A stretch of 63,873 nucleotides of DNA, counting the filler, from Guillardia theta CCMP2712 (Eukaryota > Protista > Cryptophyta), in the NCBI RefSeq assembly GCF_000315625.1. It is 7 parts of 7 records of this genome, joined end to end, with 100 filler letters (N's around TTAATTAATTAA, not from the genome) between each part and the next. Parts side by side here need not be neighbours in the genome. Positions count along the whole stretch, not along the records: positions 1 to 28,208 come from NW_005434665.1; positions 28,309 to 33,287 come from NW_005434178.1; 5 more parts are not named here. One strand, written 5' to 3'. The notes beneath the pieces were generated by a model. The model was not told the origin of the DNA. It did not search any database and saw only the letters and a program-made list of their open reading frames with translations. Numbering within the stretch: position 1 is the stretch's first letter; every line of letters begins with the position of its first letter. The translations under genes and the position numbers were made by a program. This document shows positions 13,297 through 33,387 of the stretch, one piece after another.

Positions 13297-14651
13297 TTCC
13301 TTTTTGCGTTGTTTTAATGCGTTTCCCTCCTCTCCCTTGGTGACCTTGCCAAAGTTGCTCTTCGTGTGCTGTCACTACTCCTTCCTCTCCCCCCGCTTCC
13401 TGTTTGAAGAGTTGTCTCTCTCTCTCTCACTCTCACTCTCACTCTCTCTCTCTCTCCTCCCACTCCCCTCTTCCTCGCTTCACCACGGTTCCGCGCTCAC
13501 AGCAGACTCGCTTCACTTTTTTTCAGCATGCAGGCGAGTATGTTGGAATGACAAGAGCAGGATCGTATCAAGATTGTAACAATTACAACCAGGACAGTAT
13601 CAGCACCGAAAGCAGACTCTTACTGGCAGACATACATAGATCTCAACAGGTTAACCTGCCGTTTTTTAGCAGCGTTCTTATTGTTCTTCATCAGCCTGCA
13701 AACATACTGAGCACAGAGAAGCCGAGCAATAGTGATGGAGAGTCTCGAAGCGACCGTGTGAAGGCATGCTCACGGTGATGGAGCAGTCACAGCGGTGGAG
13801 GAGGGGCTGACTGATGGTCGCAGAGCGTACTTGAACACCCTGCTCTTCATGGACCCGATCGAGCAGAGAAGCAAGCACATCGTCGAGCTCCTGGAGAAAA
13901 GGACTGCGGCTTTGAGGAAGTGATTCCACCCTGAGGGAAGTTGGAACCTGTCGTGATGTGTCGTCAGGAAACGGCAAGATGAAGGAGGGCTCGAACAGAA
14001 CGACGGGTATGATGTTGTTGGGAAGATGAACTTCAGCCTCAGTGATATACGAACAGTTGAACTCAAAGAACTCGCCATTTCTTTTCAGCCATTTTTGTTT
14101 TTGGACAAACCTGCACGTTGCAGCAGAGCATTCGGATGGATATCATCGGCCCTTGCTCGTGACAATGGTACCTTGAATGATTGCGTCTTCAACTCCATCT
14201 TTGAAACCTGGAGATCCCGGATGCGGATGCGCGGGATATAAATGTACGTAGGAAAAATGATAGGGCATTAAAAAGATTTGAAAGTTTAATTTCAACGACA
14301 ACATTGCATCTTGAAAACCAAATACGAGCTACTAGTGACAACGAAGCTCCGCACCAAGTACAAATTTGTGCATTTACACAGCAGCAGCATTGGTTCAGAT
14401 TGTATAAAAGCCAACAATTCTCGATATACATGTACAACGTCAAAGATCTCCATCACCGCGTATGATTAACGAGCCTGATCGAAGAATCCTGAGGACGACG
14501 TCAGTGGCGACAAGAAATGACAGCAAACATGCGGATCACCTTCTGGTGAAGCTCCTTGCACCGTTGCCTCACTCATATGCACTCCATCTTGTGAATTGTC
14601 GTGCTCGACCTGAGCAGAGGGTCAGCAGCAAGTCGAAGTCTGCATCGCCGT

Positions 14652-15428
14652 TCACACAAGGTTCCCTGGCCGTACGGAGTCGTACCACATCTCCCCATTG
14701 ATGTTGTTCCCTATCAGCTCCAACGTTGCGTCCTTCGCTGTGACCGCACGGAACGCAAACTGGTTGTCATGGAAGTTGCAGTTCTGCACTCGAGTCCTAA
14801 CGCTGTGAAACACAGCGACTGCAGCGCAATATTCTCCGCTGCTTCTCTCCAAGTGACAACCTTCCACGGTCGTCCGCGCGTGGTCCTGGCAATTCACGCA
14901 GTAACCCGGCCCGTCTTCAAGGCCACCCATGAAACAGTTCTTGATAGATACGTCACACTCACATCTACACCACAGGACAGCCCAACGAGAGCAGACAAGT
15001 CTGCAGGAGTCGATCACCCACTGACCTCCCTCAAAGATGATGCAGCTGCCGCTCTCTTTGGCCATCTCGACGCCCTGCATCTCACCTCCGCTGCTCTTTT
15101 TCATCCACAAGGACCCGGGAAGGAGTGCCCCGTTGCTCCCTCGAATATCCAGCTGTTGTCCTATCTCTAAGAAGTTTTCCCATCGATGTTCACCAGGCTG
15201 CACGAGAATGGTTCCAACATCTTCTGGACCTTTCTCTATGGCTTCTTTGAAGTTACTGAAATGACCGGGAACTGTGATGGAAACCGCTGTTGGCACGCCC
15301 GTTGCTTGCTCTGTGCTTCCTACAGGCATTGACGCAGGAAGTCGTATCGGAGGTGTTATAGAAACGACGACCCCGCATGCAGCAAAAAGAAGAGCGATAG
15401 CCAAACGCATGCTACTCGCCATGCCCAT
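14652..15428 (-). CDS. Secreted/targeted right-handed beta-helix (pectin-lyase-like) protein
   Basis: N-terminal hydrophobic signal, FSNFKEAIE..TILVQPGEH cap motif, repeated I/V-x-x-C-x beta-helix rungs. Confidence 0.55.
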   Translation of the reverse strand: MGMASSMRLAIALLFAACGVVVSITPPIRLPASMPVGSTEQATGVPTAVSITVPGHFSNFKEAIEKGPEDVGTILVQPGEHRWENFLEIGQQLDIRGSNGALLPGSLWMKKSSGGEMQGVEMAKESGSCIIFEGGQWVIDSCRLVCSRWAVLWCRCECDVSIKNCFMGGLEDGPGYCVNCQDHARTTVEGCHLERSSGEYCAAVAVFHSVRTRVQNCNFHDNQFAFRAVTAKDATLELIGNNINGEMWYDSVRPGNLV

Positions 15429-16435
15429 ATTATTTCACTTGATTTGGCCCTTGGAGGTTTCAGCAACTCACAATCTTGAAACTCACCGGACAGGAGAGCA
15501 GAGGTACCTGAGGACTAGCGAAAGGATTGCTGGCGCTCTAGGTGATGACGAAGACGAGTAGCAAAGAAGAAATGCCGAGCGCGAGGCAGAATGATGAAGC
15601 AAGTAGGGTCAAAAGCAGAGGAAGAGGGGAGAAGCAATGAGAAAGAGGAAACAGATCAAGAAGAAATCTTCAGCTCTACGGTTGTCGCCCTTTTAACACG
15701 CCATGCTCTCAGGATCCTCGCTTGCGCCATTCGTTCTAACTCTACCGCCGCATCTTTTGAAGGAGCCTTGAAATTATTTCAACACTTTAGTGATATCACC
15801 CCTACATTTGAAGGAAAATATATGATAAGAGCACCGGTCACACGAAAGTATTTCAAGTCTGGGGACGAACCAGGTACATCTGAACTTGGCGAGCTTCTAG
15901 AGCTTCTGAGCAGACTAGGTGATTATCTATTAGAGTCTATCTTATAAAATTTAAACCCAAGCAGCTCCGTTGATTTTTCTCAAGCCAAGTGATCAAGAAG
16001 CAAAAACAAAGGCCCGCAAGTTTGGTGTACGAGCGGCCCGGACCGTCTCCGGTGTCTCGGCGGGTCCGACACGCCCGGCGCCCCGGACCGTACCGGACTC
16101 GCCGGATGCCAGCACCGGCTACCCGGCGGTACTGAACTTCAAGCCGGCGGAACGCCGGTCACGGTACCGTTCACTGTCACTCACCATCGGACATGCCCGG
16201 CGGGGACGACGGTGACTCACCGGGGCGGCGGCCGGGCTCAAGTAGCCCGGGTCCGCGTCTCAGGCCAGTGGCCTCGGGCGGCCGGGCGGCCGGGCGGCAG
16301 GCTGGGCGCCGGCCCGGGCAGGCCCCAGGCTGGCCGGGCAGATCGGACTCTGGGGCAGACTCGGTTGAGTGGATACGAGGGCGATGAACAAGCCTGGATG
16401 GAAACGAATTGAGGACGCAATGAAGGAGAGGAGAA

Positions 16436-16625
16436 AGAGGAGAGGAGAGGAGAGGAGAGGAGAGGAGAGGAGAGGAGAGGAGAGGAGAGGAGAGGAGAGG
16501 AGAGGAGAGGAGAGGAGAGGAGAGGAGAGGAGAGGAGAGGAGAGGAGAGGAGAGGAGAGGAGAGGAGAGGAGAGGAGAGGAGAGGAGAGGAGAGGAGAGG
16601 AGAGGAGAGGAGAGGAGAGGAGAGG
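16436..16625 (+). repeat. (AGAGG)n microsatellite running into a gap
   Basis: Perfect pentamer array seen directly. Confidence 0.95.
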
Positions 16626-17064
16626 NNNNNNNNNNNNNNNNNNNNNNNNNNNNNNNNNNNNNNNNNNNNNNNNNNNNNNNNNNNNNNNNNNNNNNNNNNN
16701 NNNNNNNNNNNNNNNNNNNNNNNNNAGAGTAATGAGAGTAGGGAGTGAGAGGAGAGGAGATGAGATGAGATGAGATGAGATATGATGAGGTTGAATGATA
16801 GAGGAAGGGAGAATGAAAAGGTGGAGGGGAGGGAAAGAAGAACGAATGGAGGAGAGGAGGGAGAAGAAAAGCAGTGGTGGTTTCCACCAGGGGATTGGAG
16901 CAGGGGTAGAGCTGAACGGAGAGGGCAGGGCACATGAGATGAATATGAGTGAGCATGTCAGCAAGTTGTGAGTGAGCATTGCATTTCAAGGGAATGGAGA
17001 GAGATTCTTTCTCATTTCATGTTAGCGAGATGGCTGGAGGGCGATAACAGCTGCGTCGCTCAGG

Positions 17065-20000
17065 ATGAAAGTTGCTCGAGCTCGCCTGAAAGCTTTCGTC
17101 CTCCTCCTCTGTCTGTCGGCATGCGACACAAGGACGCATGTCAGGAAGGCTCTTGGCCGTCTTCCCGTCGCTCATGCACGCTGCGAGAGGGAAGAGCAGA
17201 TATGCATGGAGTTGTTCGCAGGGAGAGGACGGGTGTTGAGTTTGAGAGGAGGAGTAGTGCGGGAGAGCGAAGGAGAAGAAGCGAGGCGGAGCATGCTGAA
17301 GCAAGGCGAGCAAGATATGGTGCGTCTCATCCTTCAGGCCTTGCAGGGCATGGGCTACCTCGAGAGCTCGCTGTGCCTCCAGCGAGAATCCGGAGTCATG
17401 CTGCAGAGTGAGGGGGAGAAGCTGCGGGCGTTGAGGAGAGATGTGATGGAGGGCGAGTGGAGAAAGATCTTGTCCGAGCTTGAGAGGGAGGATTGGGCGT
17501 CAACCAGCCTCAAGTATGTGCTTTGCGCTGTTGACCATGAGCTCAGAGCTTGCAGGTTTGTGGTTGCGAATCAGCTCTTCTTGGAAGAGCTTCACTCTAA
17601 CGACAGGAAGGGAGCTGAGAAGGTTCTTCATGTAGGCCCCGAGCTGCTGCTTGTTTCCTCCTGATCCGCTGCCGTGTAGGATCACGTCTTGCCTAATGCT
17701 CTGAGCCAGAGGAGGCGGGAGGAGAGCCAGCGGCTTGCGGCAATGCTGTCACAAGATGACATCAGCACGACGGGAGGGCATGCGGTGAATGAGCTTGTTG
17801 AGGTGACGGGAGTGACGGGGAGCGAAGGGTTTCACTTCTCGTCTCCTCGTCTTGGAGGAGATCTTGAGCTGCCTCCCTGCCCACATGCGTTTGCCGCGAG
17901 ACAGGCTGTGGAAACTAGTTAATCAGGTGAGAAAGTAGGAGGCAGGGGAGGGCAAGGGAAATGAAGATGAGGAGGACGGAGAGTGGTAAGCGAGGAAGGA
18001 ATATGAAGTGGTTCGGGGTTGGCTATCGCTCATGTTTCTGGCTTCAGGCTCAGATTTACCAGCGAGAAAAATCTTTGTGAGTTCTGATTCAGAAAGCTCC
18101 TTCTCGAGCTGCTGACATCATGGTCAAGGTATCCTTACACGAGGCAGAGCGAGTTGTCGCTGCTGGATGACCTTTCCTTCGACCCCTCGAGTCTGCTATG
18201 TAGCAAATCGCATGCTGCAACGCCCTCCGTGACAGTCGTGCAGGTCTGCATCGAACCATCAAGTTCCACAAGTGAGAAGGAGCTGAGATGTTTGTTGCCC
18301 TCATGCTTCTCAACAGAGACGAGGTCTGGGTTTGCAAGTTCTCTCCTTCAGGCAGATTCCTCGCTACCGCATCCAAGGATGGAAACCTGGCGATCTGGTC
18401 GTCCCAGGAGCTTCTAGGTGACTCGGGAGCTTCCGGGGAGACTTGAGTGACCTGTGTCCTGGTCAGTGCCAACGGATGCCACAGCAGCAGCAGCTTCATG
18501 CAAGCCCGTCCTCTCGTATTCGACCTCCTCTGAATATCTCTTGCAGCACAATCCCGAGAGGGGCTGGTGCTCAACCTTTTGAATGGGTTTCAAGTTTGCA
18601 GCATGTGAGTCATCGGCCGTGAGCGGTCAACCTGTCTGATGTTGCTGTTCAGAGCATGGAGCTCCGACGAGAGCATGGTCCAACTCTTCCTACCTCCTGC
18701 CGTGTCCTTTCGTCATCTCCCTCCCTGATCTCTGCTCCCCATCCCTCGAGTCGCAACGCAAGAGGCTCATTTCGCTTCAGGTTGTCTGTGCAGGCCTTGA
18801 CTCGTGCCGCATCTCTGCCTGGAACATTCCCAGTGGCATCCAGGTTGGCGTCGCGAGGAAGCGCAGGAGTGACGGAGGCCGGCAGGTCCCTCTAGCCGCG
18901 CAGATGAGGAAGCCCTTGAGCTGCGTGGAGTGGCTTGCGGGGACCTGGTACTGCCTGGGAGGAGGAGGAGACGAAGACATTTTTGCTTGGGATCTCTTGG
19001 TATCCTCCGCATCCTCCGCTTTGTCATTGACAGCTGGCAGATCTCGCGGGAGAGCAGACGGTCGAACAATCCTTCCTTCGTGCTGTGGACTGAGCACAGG
19101 TTTCGTGAGACTCTCCCACTCTGTCTCACGGGGCGCAGGAGTGTACACTCGCTCGCATGCTCCTCGGATGGCTCGAGCCTCGTCGCCCTCCTGTCTGAGC
19201 AGGTCTTTGACCTGTGCTACCATCTCCCCCCTCGTCTGATGTCTCGCTCAGACAATCAATGTATACGACATCTACCAGATCTGTGACGAACATGCCAAGT
19301 TCCTCTCCAAGCAACAGGATGGAAGATTTGGGTCGACAGATGCGCTTGGTGAGCGGGGAGAGAAGAGGGGAGGAAGACATGTTTGCGGGGAGTGAGGATA
19401 GGACGGAAGGAGAGCAAGTGGAGCAGGAGGACGAGGGTCTTGTTGACCGCAGCTGCAGAAGGAGATGTTAGTCTCTGGAGTTCGGCTGCTGTGCCTTTGA
19501 GCTCAGAGGGAAGCGAGGGGAAAGGAGAGGAAGTAAGGAGCGAGCATGCGAGGAAGCGGATCGAAGTGAAGGATGCGAGGAGGACGTCGCTAAGGATCAA
19601 CGGCACTCACATCCCGTCCTACCATCCTGTGCGTCAGATCACAAACCCGGTAAGGAGCAGGGCCGGGGAGTTTTAACGTGCTGAGAGCGCCTTGGAGGTC
19701 TACGGTCTCTCCGCCATCCTCTCCCTCAAGCTCATGTCCGACGACCACACCCTCCTCCTCTCCTGCCTGTCGCTGCAGGCGAGCAAGGGCGAACCGCAAG
19801 CTGGTTCTGATCGAGAAGCTGCAGGGTGAAGCTGAGCTGGTTACCTGGGACCTCAAGTCCGTCTCCTGTGTGCAGGTTAGGAGCTTCCTCACCAGTTGCT
19901 TGCAGTCTCGCTATCACTCGCGTCCTCTTCTTCCCTCTTCTCCTCCCTGTCGTTCTTGCTCCTGCTCTTTCTTCATTCTCGACTAGATCCTCGTTGTTTC

Positions 20001-20584
20001 ACTCTTCTTCCTCATTCTCCTTCCTCTTCCCTCCTGCTTCTTGACCCTCACGTCGCATCAGCGCTTCCGGGGACATGAGTTTCGGCGCTACCTGACGGGC
20101 TTCACCGAAGGAGGCTTTCAAGATATGCTGATAGTGAGCGAGATTGAGTTGTTGATGTTGATGATGTTGTTGTCAATGATGATGATAATGATAATGATGA
20201 TGATGATGGTGATAATGGTGATGATGATAGAGATGATGATGATAATTATGATGATAATGATGGTAAAAATGATATTGATGATGGTGATAATGATGATAGA
20301 GATGCTGCAGATTTCTCTTCCTGATGTCACTGATGTGTTCACAGCTGGGAGGGAGTGAGGACGGGCTCATACGCGTGTGGCATCGCGACACCGGAAGGCT
20401 CATCAAGGTTTGCTAGCTTACAAGTGCGAGAAGCTCATGGGGGCCGCAGACGCTGGTGGGTCACGACCAGTCTGTCAACTCGCTCGCGTGGCTGCCCAAC
20501 AACGACTTCGTCATGGCGTCCGCGTCAGATGATTTCTCCGTCAGGCTGTGGGGGCCGAGGATGCTGCAGAACTACATGGAATGA
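17065..20584 (+). CDS. WDR26: WDR26/GID7-like LisH-CTLH-WD40 protein, many exons
   Basis: LisH (MVRLILQALQGMGYLESSLCLQRESG), CTLH (RRDVMEGEW..QLFLEEL), WD repeats (DEVWVCKFSPSGRFLATASKDGNLAIW; HDQSVNSLAW..ASASDDFSVRLW); stop at 20582-20584. Confidence 0.8.
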
Positions 20585-20645
20585 ACTCGTTCCTCCTCCT
20601 CCTCGTCGTCGTCGTCGTATCTCCCCATCCCTTCTCCCTCCTCCT

Positions 20646-22242
20646 TCAGCCCGGCTTCTGCTGCCAGCCTCCTCCTCCTGGTTGCCCCAAGTAGTAAGGG
20701 TTCGGCTGCCCAGGAACCTGGGGGAACTGCTGTTGGGGCATGGGATACAGCATGGGGAACTGCGGGAACGGATGCCTGAAGGGCTGCCAGCTGGGGTTAC
20801 CCGGAAACTCCGGGTAGGAAGCGGCAGCTCCGAGCATAGCAGGGTTTGGCCACATCATGGCTGCCTGGGGCATGGGAGGGATCGCAGTCGCCATGCCCGC
20901 GTTGCCATGTACAGCCTGAGCTGGACGAGAATCCTTGTGCCTCATCCCTCGTCCAGCTGCTTGCGGATTCGCTGAGTCTGTTCAAGTCAGAGGAAGAGAA
21001 GCGGCGGAGGAGAGAGCCACCGTTGCTTGCATGCGATCGATTCTTGTTCTTCCTGCCTTTGAGCTTTTTCTTCGCCTCAGCCTCCTCCTCGTCGTCGCTG
21101 TACTCGATTTCATCTTCTCCTGGTTCTTCATCGAACATGTTGGAGGCGTCGGACCTGCATTCTGTCACCCTCCCCTCCCCCTCCTCCCTCCTTACCCCTT
21201 CACTTGACACACAGCTCTGTCAACGGGCTTGGCGCTCTCGACCGCATAGAAGACAACCTTGCCGACCACCAACCGATCCTTGTCCATGTGCTCTGGGCTA
21301 TACGAAGTAGCCGAGAGGAGGCGTAGTAGGAGGCGGGAGAGAAAAGTCAAGAAGTCAGGAGAGAAGTCAAGAGCTCAGGAGCGATCGGCCCAGCAGCGTC
21401 TCACCTGCTGAACTTGATGATATAGAAAGGCTCGTAGATGGGCCCGAAGATCTCAGCGACAAGCCCAACAGCAGTCTTGTCCTCGAAGCAGATCACCGCC
21501 CCTTCGTCCAGCGCCGGTACTCCCGCTTGTGCTTGAATCACTACGCTCGCATCCACCACCGCCGAGATGCTCCCGAGTTGTTCGATCGGCCCGTCAACAG
21601 ACGCGACCTCCATGGACGGTACCGGCGGTTCAACCTCGTTCTTGGTTCGCAGTTGAGCTTCAGTAGCATGCGAACCATCTTCGTCTCCTGCACTGCCGTC
21701 ACTCCTTGCAGACCTCAAGATCTTGTTCACCAGACTCCTGGTTCACTTGCTCTTGGACTTCGACCTTCTCGTCCTCACTGTCCGACCAATCGCTGGACTC
21801 TTCCTCCTCTGCCTTGGCTTCTCCTGATGGCAAACTTGGCTCCGGCGCTTGCCTGGACGGCGCCGACAAGTCTGAAGACGTACCATGTTGAGCACATGAG
21901 ACTGGGAGGGAATCGAGTACCTTTCTCTTGGGGAACCTCTGCGGAGGGGGGGAGGGATGGTCGGTCCATAACGGCAGCAGCAGCAGCAGCCAGGTCAGCG
22001 TTAACTCGATCGACTCGCATCACTTCCTCGACATTTCGAATCCAATCTTCGTGCTGCTTCGATATTGAAACTTCTTCTGCTCTGTCGACCTGCATGCTTT
22101 CCTCGTTCGCCTCCTTTTTGTCAGTTTCAGCGGCAAGGGGTTCGTCTTGCTCGCCAACAAAGGCTTGTTCCTCAGAATGTATTCGTGTCGGGTGAACCTC
22201 AGCTCCAGCACCATCGACTTCAGTTCCCATGCTCGTATCCAT
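20646..22242 (-). CDS. NAF1: H/ACA RNP assembly factor NAF1
   Basis: RTKNE motif, Gar1/Naf1 domain (LDEGAVICFEDKTAVGLVAEIFGPIYEPFY), SDASNMFDEE..EYSDDEEEA motif, Pro/Gln-rich tail. Confidence 0.85.
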
Positions 22243-22837
22243 GCCGCCGTTGGAATTGTCTATTTACAAAGGTCACTTTCATTTACGAGTGCATTTGCGC
22301 ATCAACACATATCGTGTCCTGAACCAGCATTGGGGGACGCCTTCCCATCTGCCGACATCCTCCTTCCTGCATCTTTTCTTCTTCTTTCTCAGCAAAGTTG
22401 TAGATCTATTAGTTTTTCTGCCTCAAATGCACTCTTTTCATCATTTTAACCCAAATTCTTTGAAACAGTCCTCGTGATTGAGTGCTTTCCTCTACTCACC
22501 TCCTTTACTTCGACGCATATTCTTGCCTCACTTCTCTCTCTCTTCTGCTGACACTTTTCTGTTCATACTTGACTTCGCCAGCACATCATCATCAACCAAC
22601 TTGTCTCTCTCACACACTTATCCGACACAAACCTACCCATTGATCAACCGCCCCCATCCTCTCTATCATTCCTGATCCCCCAGCTCTCATCCTCTTCTCT
22701 CCTCCCCATGTCTCTGCTCCTATCATCTCCTCCCTCCCTCTTGCTCTCCTTGTTCGCCTCCTCCTCTCTCCTTCTCTCGCCGCTGCTGCCATGCTCGATG
22801 CGACTGCTGCCGCATTCCGGCTGAATTTCACACGAGG

Positions 22838-25996
<3,159 letters not shown>

Positions 25997-27707
25997 GGAG
26001 GCGGCAGGTCAGGAGGAGGGGGAGGAGGGTCCTCGCAGCGTCTTCGTCGTCACGCTGCGGGTGCCAGGCCTCGTCTCCCTGCGGTGACGTCAGCGGAGAT
26101 TGCGAGGAGGAGGAGAGATACTCGTAGATGGTGATGGCAATAGAGCTTCCTCCCCTTTCTCCTCCTTCCCTTCCTCCTCGTTCTCGGGTCGACCTCCACT
26201 CCATCTCCTTCGCGATCATCTTCTCCTTCTGCTTGATCTTCTCGCTCGCATGCTGCATCTTGTCAGGCCCCTCTCCTCCTCCTCCTCCTCCTCATCATCA
26301 TCATCACCACCACCACCACCCTCACCATCTGTCTTCGTTCTTCTCGCCACGCTCGATGCTCAAGGCTGGACATCTTCGAGCTTGAGGAGACTGGAGTTCT
26401 GTAGGACGTCCCTCCTGTTGAGCTTCCTCCTCCTGCTCCTCCTCTCTCCTGTTTCATTCCCAGCTCTTGATGAGATAGGAGGCCCGACGAGCTCCACGAG
26501 CCAGCGGCAGGGGAGGATGCGGGAGAGAGCGAAGAGGAGACAGAGTTCTCCTTGCGGCGCCTTCGTCTGCCTGCGATACCTGTCACTTGCTAGGGAAGCA
26601 AGGGGGAGGAGGAGGAGGAGACCTTGATATCGGCGGGAGTGCTGGGAGCTGGCAGAGAGAGGGGGGAGGGGGGAGAGTGAGAGAGCGATAGGAGAGGAGC
26701 GAGCGATTGAAGTTGAGCCAGTCTGCCAAGAGCTGAGGAGGAGGACTGAGACAGAGAGAAAAACCTGAAGCATAGAACTACCTGTGATCTCCTCCTCCTC
26801 CTCCTCCTCCTCCTCCTCCTCCTCCTTTCGAAGGCCAGGCGTCGGCTCGCGAGGTTGGGGGAGGAAGGATCTATCGCGCAAGGAAGCGAGAGCTTCGCTG
26901 CGCGCAAGGAGGCCAAGGGGGTCGGAGAGCAGCAGGTCCTTCACGCCCCAGACGTCTGGCTGAGGGGAGGGAGTGAAACCAATTTCCGCACTAACCTGCT
27001 TCCTCCTCCGTCAGTCTGAGACGCAACAAGCAGCTCACTCGCCTCCTCCTCCCTCTGATCGCTGACTGGACTCAGACTGTGAGCATGCGGCAAATTGTAC
27101 TCCCTTCCTCCTCCTCCTCCTCCTCCTCCTCCACTTCGTTCTCTTCCTCCTCTTCCTCCTCGTCCTCGTGATTTGTCGCTTTCAGTCGTGCGGATCCACT
27201 CACGAGCTCTTTTGAAATCCTCTGAAAACAGATGAATAGTAAGAAAGAGGCAGGGAAGGAGGAGGAGGAGGAGGAGGAGTGACGATGTGATCTGACCGTT
27301 GGGGTCGAGGGTGGGGGCGCGAGAGAGTCGAATGTCGAAATGAAGGATGGAGGGAAGAAACCCCTCGACTTGCAATCGCTTCACAAAGTCAGAGGAGAAG
27401 GAGGAGGAGGAGGAGGAGGAGGAGGAGGAGGAGGAGGAGGAGGAGGAGGAGGAGGAGGAGAAAGAGGAGAACACAGTCTGGAGGAGGAGGAGGAGGAGGA
27501 GGAGGAGGAGGAGGAGGAGGAGAGGGAGGAGGCGGTGAAGAAGGAAGAGTTTACAGGATTTTGATTTTTCTTGATCTGATGAGCAATGGCCTGATGAAGG
27601 TTCCAAGTCATTCAACTCTTTCTCTTCTCCCTTGTCTCTTCCTCTCTCAAGCCTGCTTCCTGCCACAACCTTTCCCCCTACCCCTTGCCCCATCTCCTCT
27701 CTCTCTT

Positions 27708-27773
<66 letters not shown>

Positions 27774-28252
27774 CCATGCTTACACTCTGTCTTGTACCCC
27801 CATAAACAAGATTTCCATTCCTCCAGCTCAGCTGCTGGACGAATCTGAAACCTCCCGTAAGGCATCAAGACGATCCTGACTCCCATCCTCCCCCTCCCCT
27901 CCTCCCTTCTGGAAGCGAGCAAGGAGAAGCAGAGTGATCGAGGGAGAAAGAGAAAGAAGGGAGGAAGAGAGGCACGAGGAGAGGGAGGAGAAAGGAAGGA
28001 GAGATGTTTCGACCTCTGCTCTAGATGCTTCCCCTTGTCTCTGTTCTTGTCGCTGTAAAACTCCAGCAGCAGGCGAGAGAGAGGAAGTCGAACCATCCCA
28101 AGGAAATCATCCCGCTGATCGACCATCAGCATCTTTTTCTTGTCTCATTCTTCCTCTTTTTCCTCTTGTTAAATTGACCTTGTTCTTTTAATTTTTTTTT
28201 GTGTTCTTNNNNNNNNNNNNNNNNNNNNNNNNNNNNNNNNNNNNNNNNNNNN

Positions 28253-28264
28253 TTAATTAATTAA
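28253..28264. other. Artificial scaffold linker TTAATTAATTAA (also 33332, 40767, 54845, 57170, 62488)
   Basis: Same six-frame-stop 12-mer flanked by N-runs occurs six times. Confidence 0.97.
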
Positions 28265-29149
28265 NNNNNNNNNNNNNNNNNNNNNNNNNNNNNNNNNNNN
28301 NNNNNNNNACGTTGCAGGTGAAGAAAGGACTGAGGGCGATTGATGGGGGGGAGGAGGAGGTAGGAGGGCAGAAGGAAGAGAGGGGAGAAGAAGTTAGGAG
28401 GACGAGGACGAGGACGAGGACGAGGAAGAGGAAGAGGAGGGGGAGAAGGAGGAGGAGGAGGAGGAGGAGGAGGAGGAGGAGGAGGAGGAGCGGCAGCACC
28501 AGCAGCATGTTGAGCTGCAGAAGTTCAACGGGGATTAACTTCCTATCAGGGGAACCTCGCGGTCATCAACGCCGAGCTTGAGTATCTGAGGGAGAAGGAG
28601 GAGACGAGGAGGCATGCTCTTCTCAGCTCAGCTGAGAAGTCCAGGGAGGCGCGGGCTGCTGCTCAGCAGCTGGACCCAAGGTGGGGAGATGTTTGACGTT
28701 AACCTAGGCATTTGACGTGCGACTCGACAGGACGCTGTCAAACTCCGACGCTGCTGCTGGGACGTCCGACAGGCTGAGCAGACAGTCTCCTCCACAGCTC
28801 GATCCCAGCTCGAGTCAGCCAGCTGATTCCCAGCTGGGAATGGTTCTTGAGAGGTACCTTACGCCATCCCAGCTGGGGAGGTGGGAGTCCGCGGGGGCTC
28901 CGCGCGAGGAGCCGAGGAGATCTCCGCTCGTGCAGGCGAGCACTCAGAGTCCTGCTTCGGCTCAGCTGGACAAGTACCTGAAGAAGAACTGGAGCTGAGC
29001 TGGAGGCAGGCTGGGGGGGATGAGAGGTGTGCACAGGAGGGAATAAGTTGTAATGATTGATTTAATAACCGTGAATGAACATGATGGTGTTGGAAATGTC
29101 TCACAGCTCGTCATTTAGAATTCTTTGTCTGATTGATCTCATGTAATCC

Positions 29150-33200
<4,051 letters not shown>

Positions 33201-33387
33201 TCGTCGGCAATCTCCTGCCTAGCTTTCAGAAAATTTCTCCGGGATTCTCCTTTACTTTGTATTCACCTGTTCGGAGTAGCAAGCAACNNNNNNNNNNNNN
33301 NNNNNNNNNNNNNNNNNNNNNNNNNNNNNNNTTAATTAATTAANNNNNNNNNNNNNNNNNNNNNNNNNNNNNNNNNNNNNNNNNNNN

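Noticed and set aside
13400-16400. Short ORFs flanking the beta-helix gene
   Set aside because: No recognisable motifs or consistent exon chain
26000-28998. Gene fragments (C2-like DDFLGMVRLPL exon; ORF 28717-28998)
   Set aside because: Too fragmented by introns, repeats and a scaffold break to call
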